Made by a program: the position numbers and the translations under genes. The notes beneath the pieces were generated by a model, which saw only the letters and a program-made list of their open reading frames with translations, did no database searches and was not told the origin of the DNA. Of a stretch of DNA of 64,000 nt, positions 32,658 to 41,364 are shown in pieces. The DNA lies in assembly GCA_965209115.1 (NCBI GenBank), contig CBDBQD010000001.1, positions 1,122,071 through 1,186,070 of the forward strand, written 5' to 3'. Source of the DNA: Acidimicrobiales bacterium. GTDB taxonomy: Bacteria; Actinomycetota; Acidimicrobiia; Acidimicrobiales; CATQHL01. Every line of letters begins with the position of its first letter. The first letter of the stretch is position 1.

Positions 32658-33842
32658 TCACTCGAACTCGATCGTCTTCGCGGGCAGGCCGAGAGCGAGC
32701 TTGCCCACGGTCTCCAGGCAGCGCTCGTTGGCCGGCGGCATGACCAGTCCCGCCATGGCGTCGCGCAGGTAGCGCTCCATGGGCTGGGAGCGGTGCAGGC
32801 CCCGGCCGCCCAGCAGCCGCATGCCCTGGGTGGTGATGTCGTGCGCCGCCTCGGTGGCGAGGTACTTGGCCTGGTTCAACACGTAGGCCAACGCCTCGGG
32901 CTCGAGTTCGCCGCTGAGGTAGCCCAACGTGTCGCGGGCCCGGCGGGCGCCCTCGAGTTGCATCGACAGGCGGCCGATCTCCTGCCAGGTGAGGGGATCC
33001 TCGCTGCGCGGCGGGCTGCCGTCGGAGCGCGGTGCGCGCATGGCGTTGACGCAGTACTCGAACGCCGCCTCGGCGATGCCGATGTAGACGGCGGTGTACC
33101 CCACCGACCAGATGCTCATGTTCTGGCCGAGGATGGCCCCGACCTCGCCGACCACGTCGTCGGGTTCGATGCGGACGTTCCGGAAGTCGATGGAGTTGGA
33201 GGCCGTCGCCCGCATGCCGATGGTGTTCCAGTCGTCCAGGATCACGATGCCGTCCCGGTCGGTGGGGATCAGCACCGTCAGCAGCCCGTCGGCGAGGCTC
33301 TCGGCGCCCTCGAGGAAGCTCCAGGTGAAGTAGTAGGTGGCGCCGGTGGAGAGCGAGCAGAAGATCTTCCGCCCGGTCAGCCGGTAGCCGTCGCCGTCGC
33401 GCTCGATGTGGGTCCGGACCTTGCCCTTGTGGCGGAACGAGATGCCCGGCTCGCTGGTGATGGACGAGAAGACGGCGCCGTCGGTCACCACCTCGCCGAA
33501 GTAGCGCTCCTGCTGCGCGGGCGTGGCGATGTACCGCAGGAAGTACAGGATCGCCGAGTGCATGTTGAACGTGAGCCCCGTGCTGGCGCAGCCCTGGGCG
33601 ATCTTGCCCAGCACAGTGGCGTAGGTGAACGAGTCGGCGCCGATGCCTCCGAAGCTCTCGGGAACCATCAGCGCCAGTAGGCCGCTGGCGCGTAGGTCGT
33701 CGTAGTTCTCGAACGGGAACCTGTTCTCGGCGTCCAGCATCGCGGCCCGGGGGGCGAAGGCGTCTCGCCCCAACTCCTCGGCGATGTCCACCCACTTGCG
33801 GTGGCGCTCGGGCACCTTGAACGGGGACACCTTGGGTTCCAT
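32658..33842 (-). CDS. Acyl-CoA dehydrogenase family protein
   Basis: 394 aa with N-terminal alpha, middle beta and C-terminal alpha domains. SSITSEPG and the C-terminal LGGRGL...YLRDA region. Confidence 0.9.
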   Translation of the reverse strand: MEPKVSPFKVPERHRKWVDIAEELGRDAFAPRAAMLDAENRFPFENYDDLRASGLLALMVPESFGGIGADSFTYATVLGKIAQGCASTGLTFNMHSAILYFLRYIATPAQQERYFGEVVTDGAVFSSITSEPGISFRHKGKVRTHIERDGDGYRLTGRKIFCSLSTGATYYFTWSFLEGAESLADGLLTVLIPTDRDGIVILDDWNTIGMRATASNSIDFRNVRIEPDDVVGEVGAILGQNMSIWSVGYTAVYIGIAEAAFEYCVNAMRAPRSDGSPPRSEDPLTWQEIGRLSMQLEGARRARDTLGYLSGELEPEALAYVLNQAKYLATEAAHDITTQGMRLLGGRGLHRSQPMERYLRDAMAGLVMPPANERCLETVGKLALGLPAKTIEFE

Positions 33843-33882
33843 GCCCCAATCCTAACGACGGCCGGCGCGCCCTTGCCCCGGC

Positions 33883-33995
33883 GTCCCCTCCCTCGGTTGT
33901 TCGCGGCTGTCCGGTCGGGGCCGCCGACGGGCGTCGGCGGATCGTCGGGCGAAATCGCTCCGCCGGCCGTCCCCCCGGGCGTCCCCTCCCTCGGT
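33883..33995. repeat. Modular C-rich element, second locus (GTCCCCTCCCTCGGTTGT, GTCCGGTCGGGGCC, TCGTCGGGCGAAATCG, GTCCCCTCCCTCGGT)
   Basis: An 18-bp and a 14-bp string are identical to those at 27505-27522 and 27441-27454. Confidence 0.7.
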
Positions 33996-33998
33996 CCG

Positions 33999-34021
33999 CT
34001 GCGTCAGGCGTCCTGACGCAG
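33999..34021. promoter_or_regulatory. Perfect hairpin/palindrome CTGCGTCAGG-CGT-CCTGACGCAG
   Basis: 10-bp arms in the divergent ACAD/vWA intergenic region. Confidence 0.35.
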
Positions 34022-34047
34022 CCTTGCGGGTGCCGGGTTCCTCCGAC

Positions 34048-34074
34048 GTCATTCCGGCGTAGGCCGGAATCCAG
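34048..34074. repeat. REP-like hairpin GTCATTCCGGC-GTAG-GCCGGAATCCAG
   Basis: Read directly. Opposite orientation to the copies at 22.6, 24.4 and 25.8 kb. Confidence 0.85.
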
Positions 34075-34169
34075 TCTCCGGTGCGGCCGGCCGGGAACTT
34101 TCCGCCCCGGCGCGGCGTCGGAGGGGTGATCGAACGCGCAGGGCGCGTGCAAACGAAGGAGGAGCGATC

Positions 34170-36077
34170 ATGCAACAGTTCGACTCGAAACGCCGGATCT
34201 CGACGGCGACGCGGTTGAGGATCGGCGCCGTGGTGGTGGCCAGCCTGCTGGTGACCGCCTGCGCGGCCGACGACGGCGCCACAGCTCCGGCCGCCTCGGC
34301 TCCGGTGCCCGCACCGGCTCCGGCGCCCGCACCCGAGCCCGCGCCGCAGCCACCGCGGGTCGCTGCGCCGCAACCGGCGCCGGCGACGGCGCCGGCGGCA
34401 GAGGCGGACGCGGCCGCGATGCCGCCACCGGCGATGGCGACGGCGCCGGCGGCAGAGGCGGACGCGGCCGACGACTCCGGCTCGCTCCCCGTGGCGGCGC
34501 CTCCCGCCGCGGCGGCGGAGGGCGGTCTGGCCGAGGCGCAGGCCGCCGCCGACGCCGCGCGGAGCGCGTCCGCCCCGCCGCGCGCACCGGAGGCCGCGCC
34601 CGACAGGACCCGGGCGTCGGAGAAATCGGCCTGGGGTTCGGTCGAGCCGACCCGGCCGGGGGAGTGCTGGGGATGCTCGTCCAACATCTTCAGGGACTAC
34701 GGCGTGAACCCGTTCGTGGACGCGCTCCGCGATCCGCTGTCGACCTTCGCCCTCGACGTGGACACTGCCTCCTACGTGGTGACGCGCAACTACCTGGAAG
34801 GGGGCTCGCTGCCGCCGATGGAGGCCGTGCGTGTGGAGGAGTTCGTCAACTACTTCGACGGTGGCTACGAGCCGGAGTGGGACGAATTCGCCATCCACGT
34901 GGAGGCGGCGCCGTCACCGTTCTCCCGTGACGGATACGTGCTGATGCGAGTCGGCGTGCGGGCGCCCGACGTGCTGGCCGACGTCGTGATCCCCGACAGC
35001 GTGATCGTGGTGATGGACCGCTCGGGTTCCATGGGCGAGCAGGCCGGCTACGGCGGCGAATGGCTCGATCGCATCGAACTGGCGCACGAGGCCGTGGACC
35101 TGCTGCTGGACGGCCTGCCGGACGGCACCCGCGTCGGCATCGTGGCCTATGACGACCGGGTCGCCACCGTGGTCGAACCCTCCGACGTGGCCGGCAACCG
35201 GGACTGGATGATGCGCCGGATCCGCGACGAGGTCTACCCGAGGGGCAGCACCAACGCCGGGGCCGGCCTGGAGCGCGGTTTCGACCTGGCACTGGACGAG
35301 GCCCGCCGGGGACGGGACGTGCTGGTGATGCTGCTCTCCGACGGCGTGGCCAACGTGGGCGCCACCCGCACCGAGGAGATCCTCCGGGACATCGGCGACC
35401 GCGGCGACATCGGCCTGACCACGATCGGCGTGGGGCTCGGGCCGTTCAACGACGTGCTCATGGAACAACTCGCCAATTCGGCCGACGGCACCTACCACTA
35501 CATCGACAGCACCCACGAGGCGCGTCGCATCTTCGGCTCCAACATCGTGAGCCTGCTGGCGCTGGCCGCGCGGGACGCCAAGATCCAGGTGGAGTTCAAC
35601 CCCGACACGGTGCTCTCGTACCGGCTGCTGGGCTTCGAGAACCGCGATGTGGCCGACGAGGACTTCCGCGACAACACCGTGGACGCCGGTGAGGTGGGTC
35701 TCGGCCAGAGTTCCACCGCCCTGTACGAACTGGAGCTGGCCGGTCGCTCTCGAGACCGGAGCAGCCGGGACTGGCTGGCGACCGCCACCCTGCGCTACCA
35801 GCGGCCCCGCCGGGGCTCGATCACCGAGATCGAGCAGAGCGTCACCGGCGCCGACATCGCCCGCTCGTTCGCCTCGGCAAGCCCGCACTTCCGCCTGGCG
35901 GCTGTGGCGGCGGAGTTCGCCGAGGTGTTGCGGCGCAGCCCGTTCGTGGAATACCGGGACGCCGACATGGCGGTGCTGGTTGACGAGGCCTGGTACGCCT
36001 CCGACGACCTGCGCCGAAACCGCGACGCCGAGGAACTGGCCGAGCTGATCGAGGACGCCCGCCGCCTGACCCGCTAG
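34170..36077 (+). CDS. von Willebrand factor type A domain lipoprotein (YfbK-like vWA protein)
   Basis: Lipobox LLVTAC and an Ala/Pro-rich region of about 120 aa. FALDVDTASY...VRVEEFVNYF N-domain. MIDAS motif VVMDRSGSMG. Confidence 0.85.
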   Translation: MQQFDSKRRISTATRLRIGAVVVASLLVTACAADDGATAPAASAPVPAPAPAPAPEPAPQPPRVAAPQPAPATAPAAEADAAAMPPPAMATAPAAEADAADDSGSLPVAAPPAAAAEGGLAEAQAAADAARSASAPPRAPEAAPDRTRASEKSAWGSVEPTRPGECWGCSSNIFRDYGVNPFVDALRDPLSTFALDVDTASYVVTRNYLEGGSLPPMEAVRVEEFVNYFDGGYEPEWDEFAIHVEAAPSPFSRDGYVLMRVGVRAPDVLADVVIPDSVIVVMDRSGSMGEQAGYGGEWLDRIELAHEAVDLLLDGLPDGTRVGIVAYDDRVATVVEPSDVAGNRDWMMRRIRDEVYPRGSTNAGAGLERGFDLALDEARRGRDVLVMLLSDGVANVGATRTEEILRDIGDRGDIGLTTIGVGLGPFNDVLMEQLANSADGTYHYIDSTHEARRIFGSNIVSLLALAARDAKIQVEFNPDTVLSYRLLGFENRDVADEDFRDNTVDAGEVGLGQSSTALYELELAGRSRDRSSRDWLATATLRYQRPRRGSITEIEQSVTGADIARSFASASPHFRLAAVAAEFAEVLRRSPFVEYRDADMAVLVDEAWYASDDLRRNRDAEELAELIEDARRLTR

Positions 36078-36278
36078 ACGGCCGCACCGGCCGCAGGAGG
36101 CTGCGGCGACGCCTCAACCCGCAAATCTGTTCCCGTCGATGCACGACGCCAAGGCGGAACTTCGAGAAGCGACACTTCACCCGGTCGTGCGGGCTCGGCT
36201 GCGGTATCCTGCAACCAATCGAGGTGCCTCGATAGGCAACTCCTTGAAACATCAGGTTATGTGCGCTCGAGGTGTGAG

Positions 36279-36836
36279 ATGACCGCAACATCAACTAAAC
36301 TGGTGACAGCAGATGAACTCTTGCTGCTCTACAGCCAGGGTGTACGAGGCGAGTTGATCAGGGGGGTGCTGACCGAGGTGACGCCGGTGGGGCAGGAGCA
36401 CGGCGAGATCGTCACGAACCTCGTACTCGCGCTCGGAAACTTCGTCAAGCCCCGCGGGCTGGGGCGGCTGACGGCCTCCGACGCGGGCGTCTGGCTGGAG
36501 CGTGACCCCGACACGGTGCGCGAGCCGGACATCGCCTTCTTCTCCGCGGCGCGGATGCCGCCGGGGGTCCGCGTCACCGGCTATTCCGAGATCGCTCCGG
36601 ACCTCGTCGTGGAGATCGTCTCGCCGGGCGACAGCCGCCGGGAGGTCCGCGACAAGGCGCGGATGTGGCTCAGCCACGGTGTTCGCCTGGTGTGGGTGGT
36701 GCATCCCGGCACGCGCACCGTAGACGTGCACCGCCCCGGCGAACCGGTGGTGACGCTCGCCGCCGGCGGCGCCCTCGACGGCGCCGACGTACTTCCCGGC
36801 TTCTCCTGTCCCCTCAGCGCAGCCTTCGACACATAG
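36279..36836 (+). CDS. Uma2 family endonuclease (DUF820)
   Basis: GELIRGVL...PVGQEHGEI...REPDIAFF...APDLVVEIVSPGD...VLPGF pattern. An alternative upstream start exists at 36261. Confidence 0.8.
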   Translation: MTATSTKLVTADELLLLYSQGVRGELIRGVLTEVTPVGQEHGEIVTNLVLALGNFVKPRGLGRLTASDAGVWLERDPDTVREPDIAFFSAARMPPGVRVTGYSEIAPDLVVEIVSPGDSRREVRDKARMWLSHGVRLVWVVHPGTRTVDVHRPGEPVVTLAAGGALDGADVLPGFSCPLSAAFDT

Positions 36837-36896
36837 CCGCAGTGCCGCCGCGCGGGGCACCCTCATCCGGCCGCGGCTGACACATCTCACCTCACT

Positions 36897-36933
36897 CGGA
36901 TTCCGGGGAACTGAGACTTCAGGCCCGACTCTT
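36897..36933 (+). repeat. 37-bp repeat, copy 2
   Basis: Identical to 32199-32235. Confidence 0.9.
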
Positions 36934-36966
36934 ATTCGTCCCGTTGTCGCAACTGGAGTGCTTTTC

Positions 36967-37722
36967 TCAGTCCGACCAGCCGTACCATCCGCTCTGCCAG
37001 GTCTTGCCGGGCGGGTTGCTTGCGGCGTCGTGGTGGAAGCATCCCCAATGCCCCGCCGCGAAGCAGGCGTCTTTCGTGCCGTAGGGACCGCCGTTCGCGT
37101 CGCTCGGCAGGTTCGTCTCCGGCAGTGTGGGTTCGGGATCGGGGTCCCAGCTGGCCTGCTCTGCGACCAAGTCCGCGGTGGTGGGGTATAGCTGCTCGCC
37201 GGTGCTGGTCCAGCTGAGGCTCTCGCCGGCGCCGTCGGGCCACAGGTCGCCGGGCTGGGTGGTCGTCGTCGGCGGGACGTAGGCGCCCAGGGTGGCCTCC
37301 CAGTGCACTGTGCCGGCGGTGATCCTGATCGTGTCGTACCCGCCACTGCGGAGTTCTCCCTGGTTGACCCACACCTCCCACGCCGATCCGAACCAGTACA
37401 TCATCACCGAACTGTCACAGAACCGCCAACGGCGGCCGGCGCTGCAGCTGACTGCGGTGTGGCTTCCGGCGGTCGATGCGCGCACCGAGATCGTGTCGCT
37501 GTCGCTCGTTCCGCTGACCGTCAGCTCGCAGTAGCCCCGGCCCGTGAGCTGGTTCGGGCTGCCGCCGGTCGGGCATGGGGTTCCGTACTTGTCCAGCCCG
37601 CTGAACGTCACCGTCTGGGCGTGGGCCGGGGCGACGAGTATCGCAGCCAGTGGAACCGCCGCCAGTGCGACCGCGGCCAGTGCCGCCACGAACGCCCGTC
37701 TCCTGTGCCTCCCCCGATTCAT
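36967..37722 (-). CDS. Secreted protein of unknown function with a Tat-like signal peptide
   Basis: MNRGRHRRRAFVAALAAVALAAVPLAAILVAPAHA-QT. Cys- and Trp-rich mature part (251 aa in total). No family recognised. Confidence 0.6.
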   Translation of the reverse strand: MNRGRHRRRAFVAALAAVALAAVPLAAILVAPAHAQTVTFSGLDKYGTPCPTGGSPNQLTGRGYCELTVSGTSDSDTISVRASTAGSHTAVSCSAGRRWRFCDSSVMMYWFGSAWEVWVNQGELRSGGYDTIRITAGTVHWEATLGAYVPPTTTTQPGDLWPDGAGESLSWTSTGEQLYPTTADLVAEQASWDPDPEPTLPETNLPSDANGGPYGTKDACFAAGHWGCFHHDAASNPPGKTWQSGWYGWSD

Positions 37723-38221
37723 GTCGAAACCCCTCCCGTGGTGCTGCTCCAGACCTGTTGAGTTCCGCAGGCACGTCCCCGTCGCCGATGCGAGAGGCCG
37801 CATCCGTAACTCGCACCACCATATGCCCGATCGCGGGCGGTAAAGGGGGTCAACCAATTCGCTGCGCCTGCGCCGTCTCGCCGAGCTGCTATGCCCGATC
37901 GCGGGGTGTCGACCCTCGTCTCGGAGCCGATCGGGCGCGTCCTCCACAGGTGCCGCTAGGTCCGGCGACGCGCACGGCGCCTGTCCCCTTCGGTCCTCGT
38001 CGGCGAGGGCGTCGTGGCGCTCGGCGGGGCGGGTGGCCGCCGACTCGTACGCCTCGGCGGTGTTGCGGTACGTGCCGAGCCACTTGTCGAGGGGGACAGT
38101 GAGCTTGCCGTCGTTGCCCTCGAAGTAGCGGAGGTGCAGCCAGTGGAAGTCGTCGCCCACCGGCAGTCTCCCCGTGACGGTCTTGCCCGGGAAGCCGGTG
38201 TGGCCGTGTGCGGACGCCAGG

Positions 38222-39976
38222 TCAGCCTGGGGGCGACAGTCGTTCGCGCAGCTCGCGCTTGAGGAACTTGCCGTTGGCGTTGCGGGGCAGCGGCTCGTCC
38301 AGGAACCAGACGTGGCGGGGGTGCTTGAAGCGTGCCAGCCTGCCAGCGAGATGGGCGGTGAGGTCGTTCGCTGTCAGCGAGGCGCCGGACCCCAGCACAA
38401 CGGCTGCCGCGACCTCCTCGCCGAGGCGGTCGTCGGGCACGCCGAACACGGCCACCTCGGCGATCTCGTCGAGTTCGTGCAGGGCGGCCTCCACCTCGGC
38501 GCAGTGGACGTTCTCGCCGCCGCGGATGACGACGTCCTTGGCCCGATCCTTGATGTGGATCCAGCCGTCGGCGTCGATCTCGGCGATGTCGCCGGTGCGG
38601 AACCAGCCGTCGACGATGGCTTCGGCGGTGGCTTCGGGCTGGTTGAGGTAGCCCTTGATGACGTTCGGGCCGCGCAGCAGCAACTCGCCCTGCCTGCCGG
38701 TCGCCAACTCGCCGCCGTCGGCGTCGACCACCTTGGCCTCCATGCACGGCACCACCGGTCCGACCGACGCCGGCTTCGCCACGTAGTACTCGCTGCCGAT
38801 TGCCGTGGCGATACCGGTCGTCTCGGTGAGCCCGTAGCCGGTGACCGGCTCACCGTGCCGGAGGGAGGTGTCGATGCGGACGACCAGATCGGGTTGCAGC
38901 GCGGCCCCGCCGCCGCCCATGGAGCGCAGCGAGGAGGTGTCGGTTCGGCCCCAGGCGGGATGCCGCAGCAGTTCCCGGGACAGTGCCGGCACGCCGGTGA
39001 ACGTGGTAACGCGCTCGCGCTCGATGATGCGCAGGGCCTCGGCGGGATCCCAGTGGTGCATGAGAACCAGCCGGCCGCCCGTCGCCGTGACGGGGTGCAG
39101 GACACACGTGCAGCCGGTCACGTGGAACAGCGGCACCGGCAGCAGCGCCACCCGCGGGCCGGGATCCTCGCCGGTTCGTGGCAGACCCTGCACGGCCAGC
39201 CGGCGGGCGCGCGCCGCGTTGCCGCAGTGCCGGACGAAGGCCAGATTGAGCAGGTTGTGGATCGAACCCCGGTGCGTGGTCTGCGCCCCCTTGGGCGGGC
39301 CGGTGGTGCCCGAGGTGTAGAAGATGCCGACATCGTCGTCGGGTTCGATCTCGGCCGCGGGCAGTCTCGCGGGTGCGCCGGCGACGTCGACCACGTCGTC
39401 CCACCGGGAGGCCCCAACAGGCAGGTTGCCGTCGTGGCGTGTGACGATGAGAGCCAAGGTTCCGGCACTCGAGGACAGGCGCTCCAGGCGTTCGCCGTCG
39501 ACGATCGCCACCGCCGGAGAGGAGTCGCGTAGCGCGAACTCCAACTCGGGTCCTGTCCACCACGAGTTCATGGCCACCGCGGCGGCGCCCAGCGACGTGA
39601 TCGCCCAGTACGACAGGACCCACTCCGGATAGTTCCGCATGGCGATCGCCACGCGGTCGCCGCGACCCACGCTGTGGCCGTCGCGCAGGTGATGTGCCAG
39701 CGACCGCACCCGGGCAGCGGCATCCCCGTAGCTGTAGCGCTCGGTGCCGTAGACGAGGTACTCGGCGTCGCCCTTGGCCCCCGCCAATTCCCAGATCACC
39801 CGCATGTTGGGCGGTGCGCGGTCGAATATCCGCGTCGGTATGCCGAGCACGTCGCGCACCGTCCAGGCGAAGGGGGCGCCGGGAGAGGTCAGCTCGGCGT
39901 AGGCGCGGTTGAAGTCGGCGGTCAGGGCATCCGAAACGGAATCCCCGGTCCCGAACGCTTCCTCGACCCCGGTCAC
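38222..39976 (-). CDS. AMP-binding acyl-CoA synthetase (long-chain-fatty-acid-CoA ligase-like)
   Basis: IFYTSGTTGPPKGA motif; 584 aa. Confidence 0.85.
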   Translation of the reverse strand: MTGVEEAFGTGDSVSDALTADFNRAYAELTSPGAPFAWTVRDVLGIPTRIFDRAPPNMRVIWELAGAKGDAEYLVYGTERYSYGDAAARVRSLAHHLRDGHSVGRGDRVAIAMRNYPEWVLSYWAITSLGAAAVAMNSWWTGPELEFALRDSSPAVAIVDGERLERLSSSAGTLALIVTRHDGNLPVGASRWDDVVDVAGAPARLPAAEIEPDDDVGIFYTSGTTGPPKGAQTTHRGSIHNLLNLAFVRHCGNAARARRLAVQGLPRTGEDPGPRVALLPVPLFHVTGCTCVLHPVTATGGRLVLMHHWDPAEALRIIERERVTTFTGVPALSRELLRHPAWGRTDTSSLRSMGGGGAALQPDLVVRIDTSLRHGEPVTGYGLTETTGIATAIGSEYYVAKPASVGPVVPCMEAKVVDADGGELATGRQGELLLRGPNVIKGYLNQPEATAEAIVDGWFRTGDIAEIDADGWIHIKDRAKDVVIRGGENVHCAEVEAALHELDEIAEVAVFGVPDDRLGEEVAAAVVLGSGASLTANDLTAHLAGRLARFKHPRHVWFLDEPLPRNANGKFLKRELRERLSPPG

Positions 39977-40036
39977 GGCTGCGATCCTACGATTACCACC
40001 GGGAAGCCATCAGGATTCGATCGAGGAGGTCGGGAC

Positions 40037-40804
40037 ATGAGCGAGCGACGACTCGAGGGCCGGCGCTGCCTGGTGACCGGAGCCGCCGGTGGGCAGGGCG
40101 CCGCCGTGAGCCGCAGGTTCGCGGCCGAGGGGGCCTCGGTGGCTGTGACCGACCTCCACGATGACGGCGTGCAGGAGCTCGCCGCCGAACTGCGCGACGG
40201 CGGCGCCACCGCGGTCGGCGTCGCCGCAGACGCGCGCGACGAGGCGCAGGTGGCCGGCGTCGTGGAGGTCGCCGTTGGATCTCTCGGCGGGTTGGACGTG
40301 CTGTACAACAACGCCGGCGTCCTGTTGCTCGACGACGACCGCCCGAGCGAGGACCTGGAACTCGACACCTGGAACAAGGTGCTGGCCATCAACGCCACCG
40401 GGATGTTCCTGTTCTGCAAGCACGCCCTGCGCCCGTTGCTCGACGCGGCCCCCGGGTCGGTGATCCTGAACGTCGGCTCGGCTGCCTCGTACCGCGGTGA
40501 TCCCCACTTCCACGCCTACGCCGCCGCCAAAGGGGCACTGCTGTCCTACACGGCGTCGCTGGCGCAGTGTTACGGGCCGCGCGGGTTGCGTGCCAACCTG
40601 ATCTGTCCCGGATTCATCGAGACGCCCATGATCGAGTCTCTGCTCACCGACGAGGACCTCGTGGCAGCGGTCACCGGCGCCACGGCGCTACGGCGCATGG
40701 GCCGGCCGGAGGAGATCGCCGCCTACGCCGCCTTCCTGGCCTCCGACGACGCCTCGTTCGTAACCGACGCCGTTGTCACGGTGCACGGCGGATTCGTCAA
40801 GTAG
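40037..40804 (+). CDS. SDR family oxidoreductase
   Basis: GAGGAGG upstream of the ATG. VTGAAGGQGAA, and catalytic YAAAKGAL. Confidence 0.85.
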   Translation: MSERRLEGRRCLVTGAAGGQGAAVSRRFAAEGASVAVTDLHDDGVQELAAELRDGGATAVGVAADARDEAQVAGVVEVAVGSLGGLDVLYNNAGVLLLDDDRPSEDLELDTWNKVLAINATGMFLFCKHALRPLLDAAPGSVILNVGSAASYRGDPHFHAYAAAKGALLSYTASLAQCYGPRGLRANLICPGFIETPMIESLLTDEDLVAAVTGATALRRMGRPEEIAAYAAFLASDDASFVTDAVVTVHGGFVK

Positions 40805-41354
40805 GAGGGTACGGAAGCGGCGCGACGGGGAGCACGCCGGGCATGTCGACGAAGCCGGGCAGGCGTTGGACACGCTCGGCCCACCGCCGGAGGGCGGGAT
40901 AGTCCTCGTGTGAGATCCCTCCCTCCCCGGAGAGGGCGACGTCGGGGCAGACGGCGATGTCGGCGACCGTGGCGATGCACGGCCCGCAGGCGCCTTGCTC
41001 GCAGGACGACGGCAGGTCGACTCCGGCGTTCCGCAGGCCGTCGAGCAGCGACATGCCGCCGGCGATCAGCACCGTCCTGGCCGCGTCCCGCCGGAGGGGG
41101 AAGTTGTTGCAGGGCTCGGAGAGGTCCAGGAGGTCGCCGACCTTGACGCTGTCATGCATGTACCGCGATCCGCCGCCGGCCGAGCAGGCGGCTCCGGACC
41201 ACGTGGCGCGGCACCAGTCGGCACCGGCGGCGACATCCCTGTCGAGCAGCTTGGTCCGCATGGTCTCGCCTGCGCGGAGATCGTCGAGGATCGCCACGGG
41301 ATGCCAGAGATCCAGGATCGCCGGACCGGGCTCCTGCGGAGCCGATGCATTCAT
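40797..41354 (-). pseudogene. Mosaic ORF joining fragments of a Rieske oxygenase, a PDR/VanB-type reductase (FAD/NAD part and 2Fe-2S part) and a GST C-terminal domain
   Basis: LWHPVAILDDLRAGETMRTKLL (Rieske N-terminus); GGGSRYMHDSVKVGDLLDLSEPCNNFPLRRDAARTVLIAGG (reductase); LLDGLRNAGVDLPSSCEQGACGPCIATV (ferredoxin C-x4-C-x2-C); ADIAVCP...DYPALRRWAERVQRLPGF (GST-C). Every domain core is missing. Confidence 0.5.
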
Positions 41355-41364
41355 GTCGTCCGTC

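Noticed and set aside
36967-38160. The full 397-aa ORF taken as one protein (cytoplasmic domain + TM + extracellular domain, anti-sigma-like topology).
   Set aside because: Codon bias collapses between about 37990 and 37723, and that stretch contains direct DNA repeats. A textbook Tat/Sec signal peptide with its own ATG begins at 37722. Retained only as an alternative in the findings.
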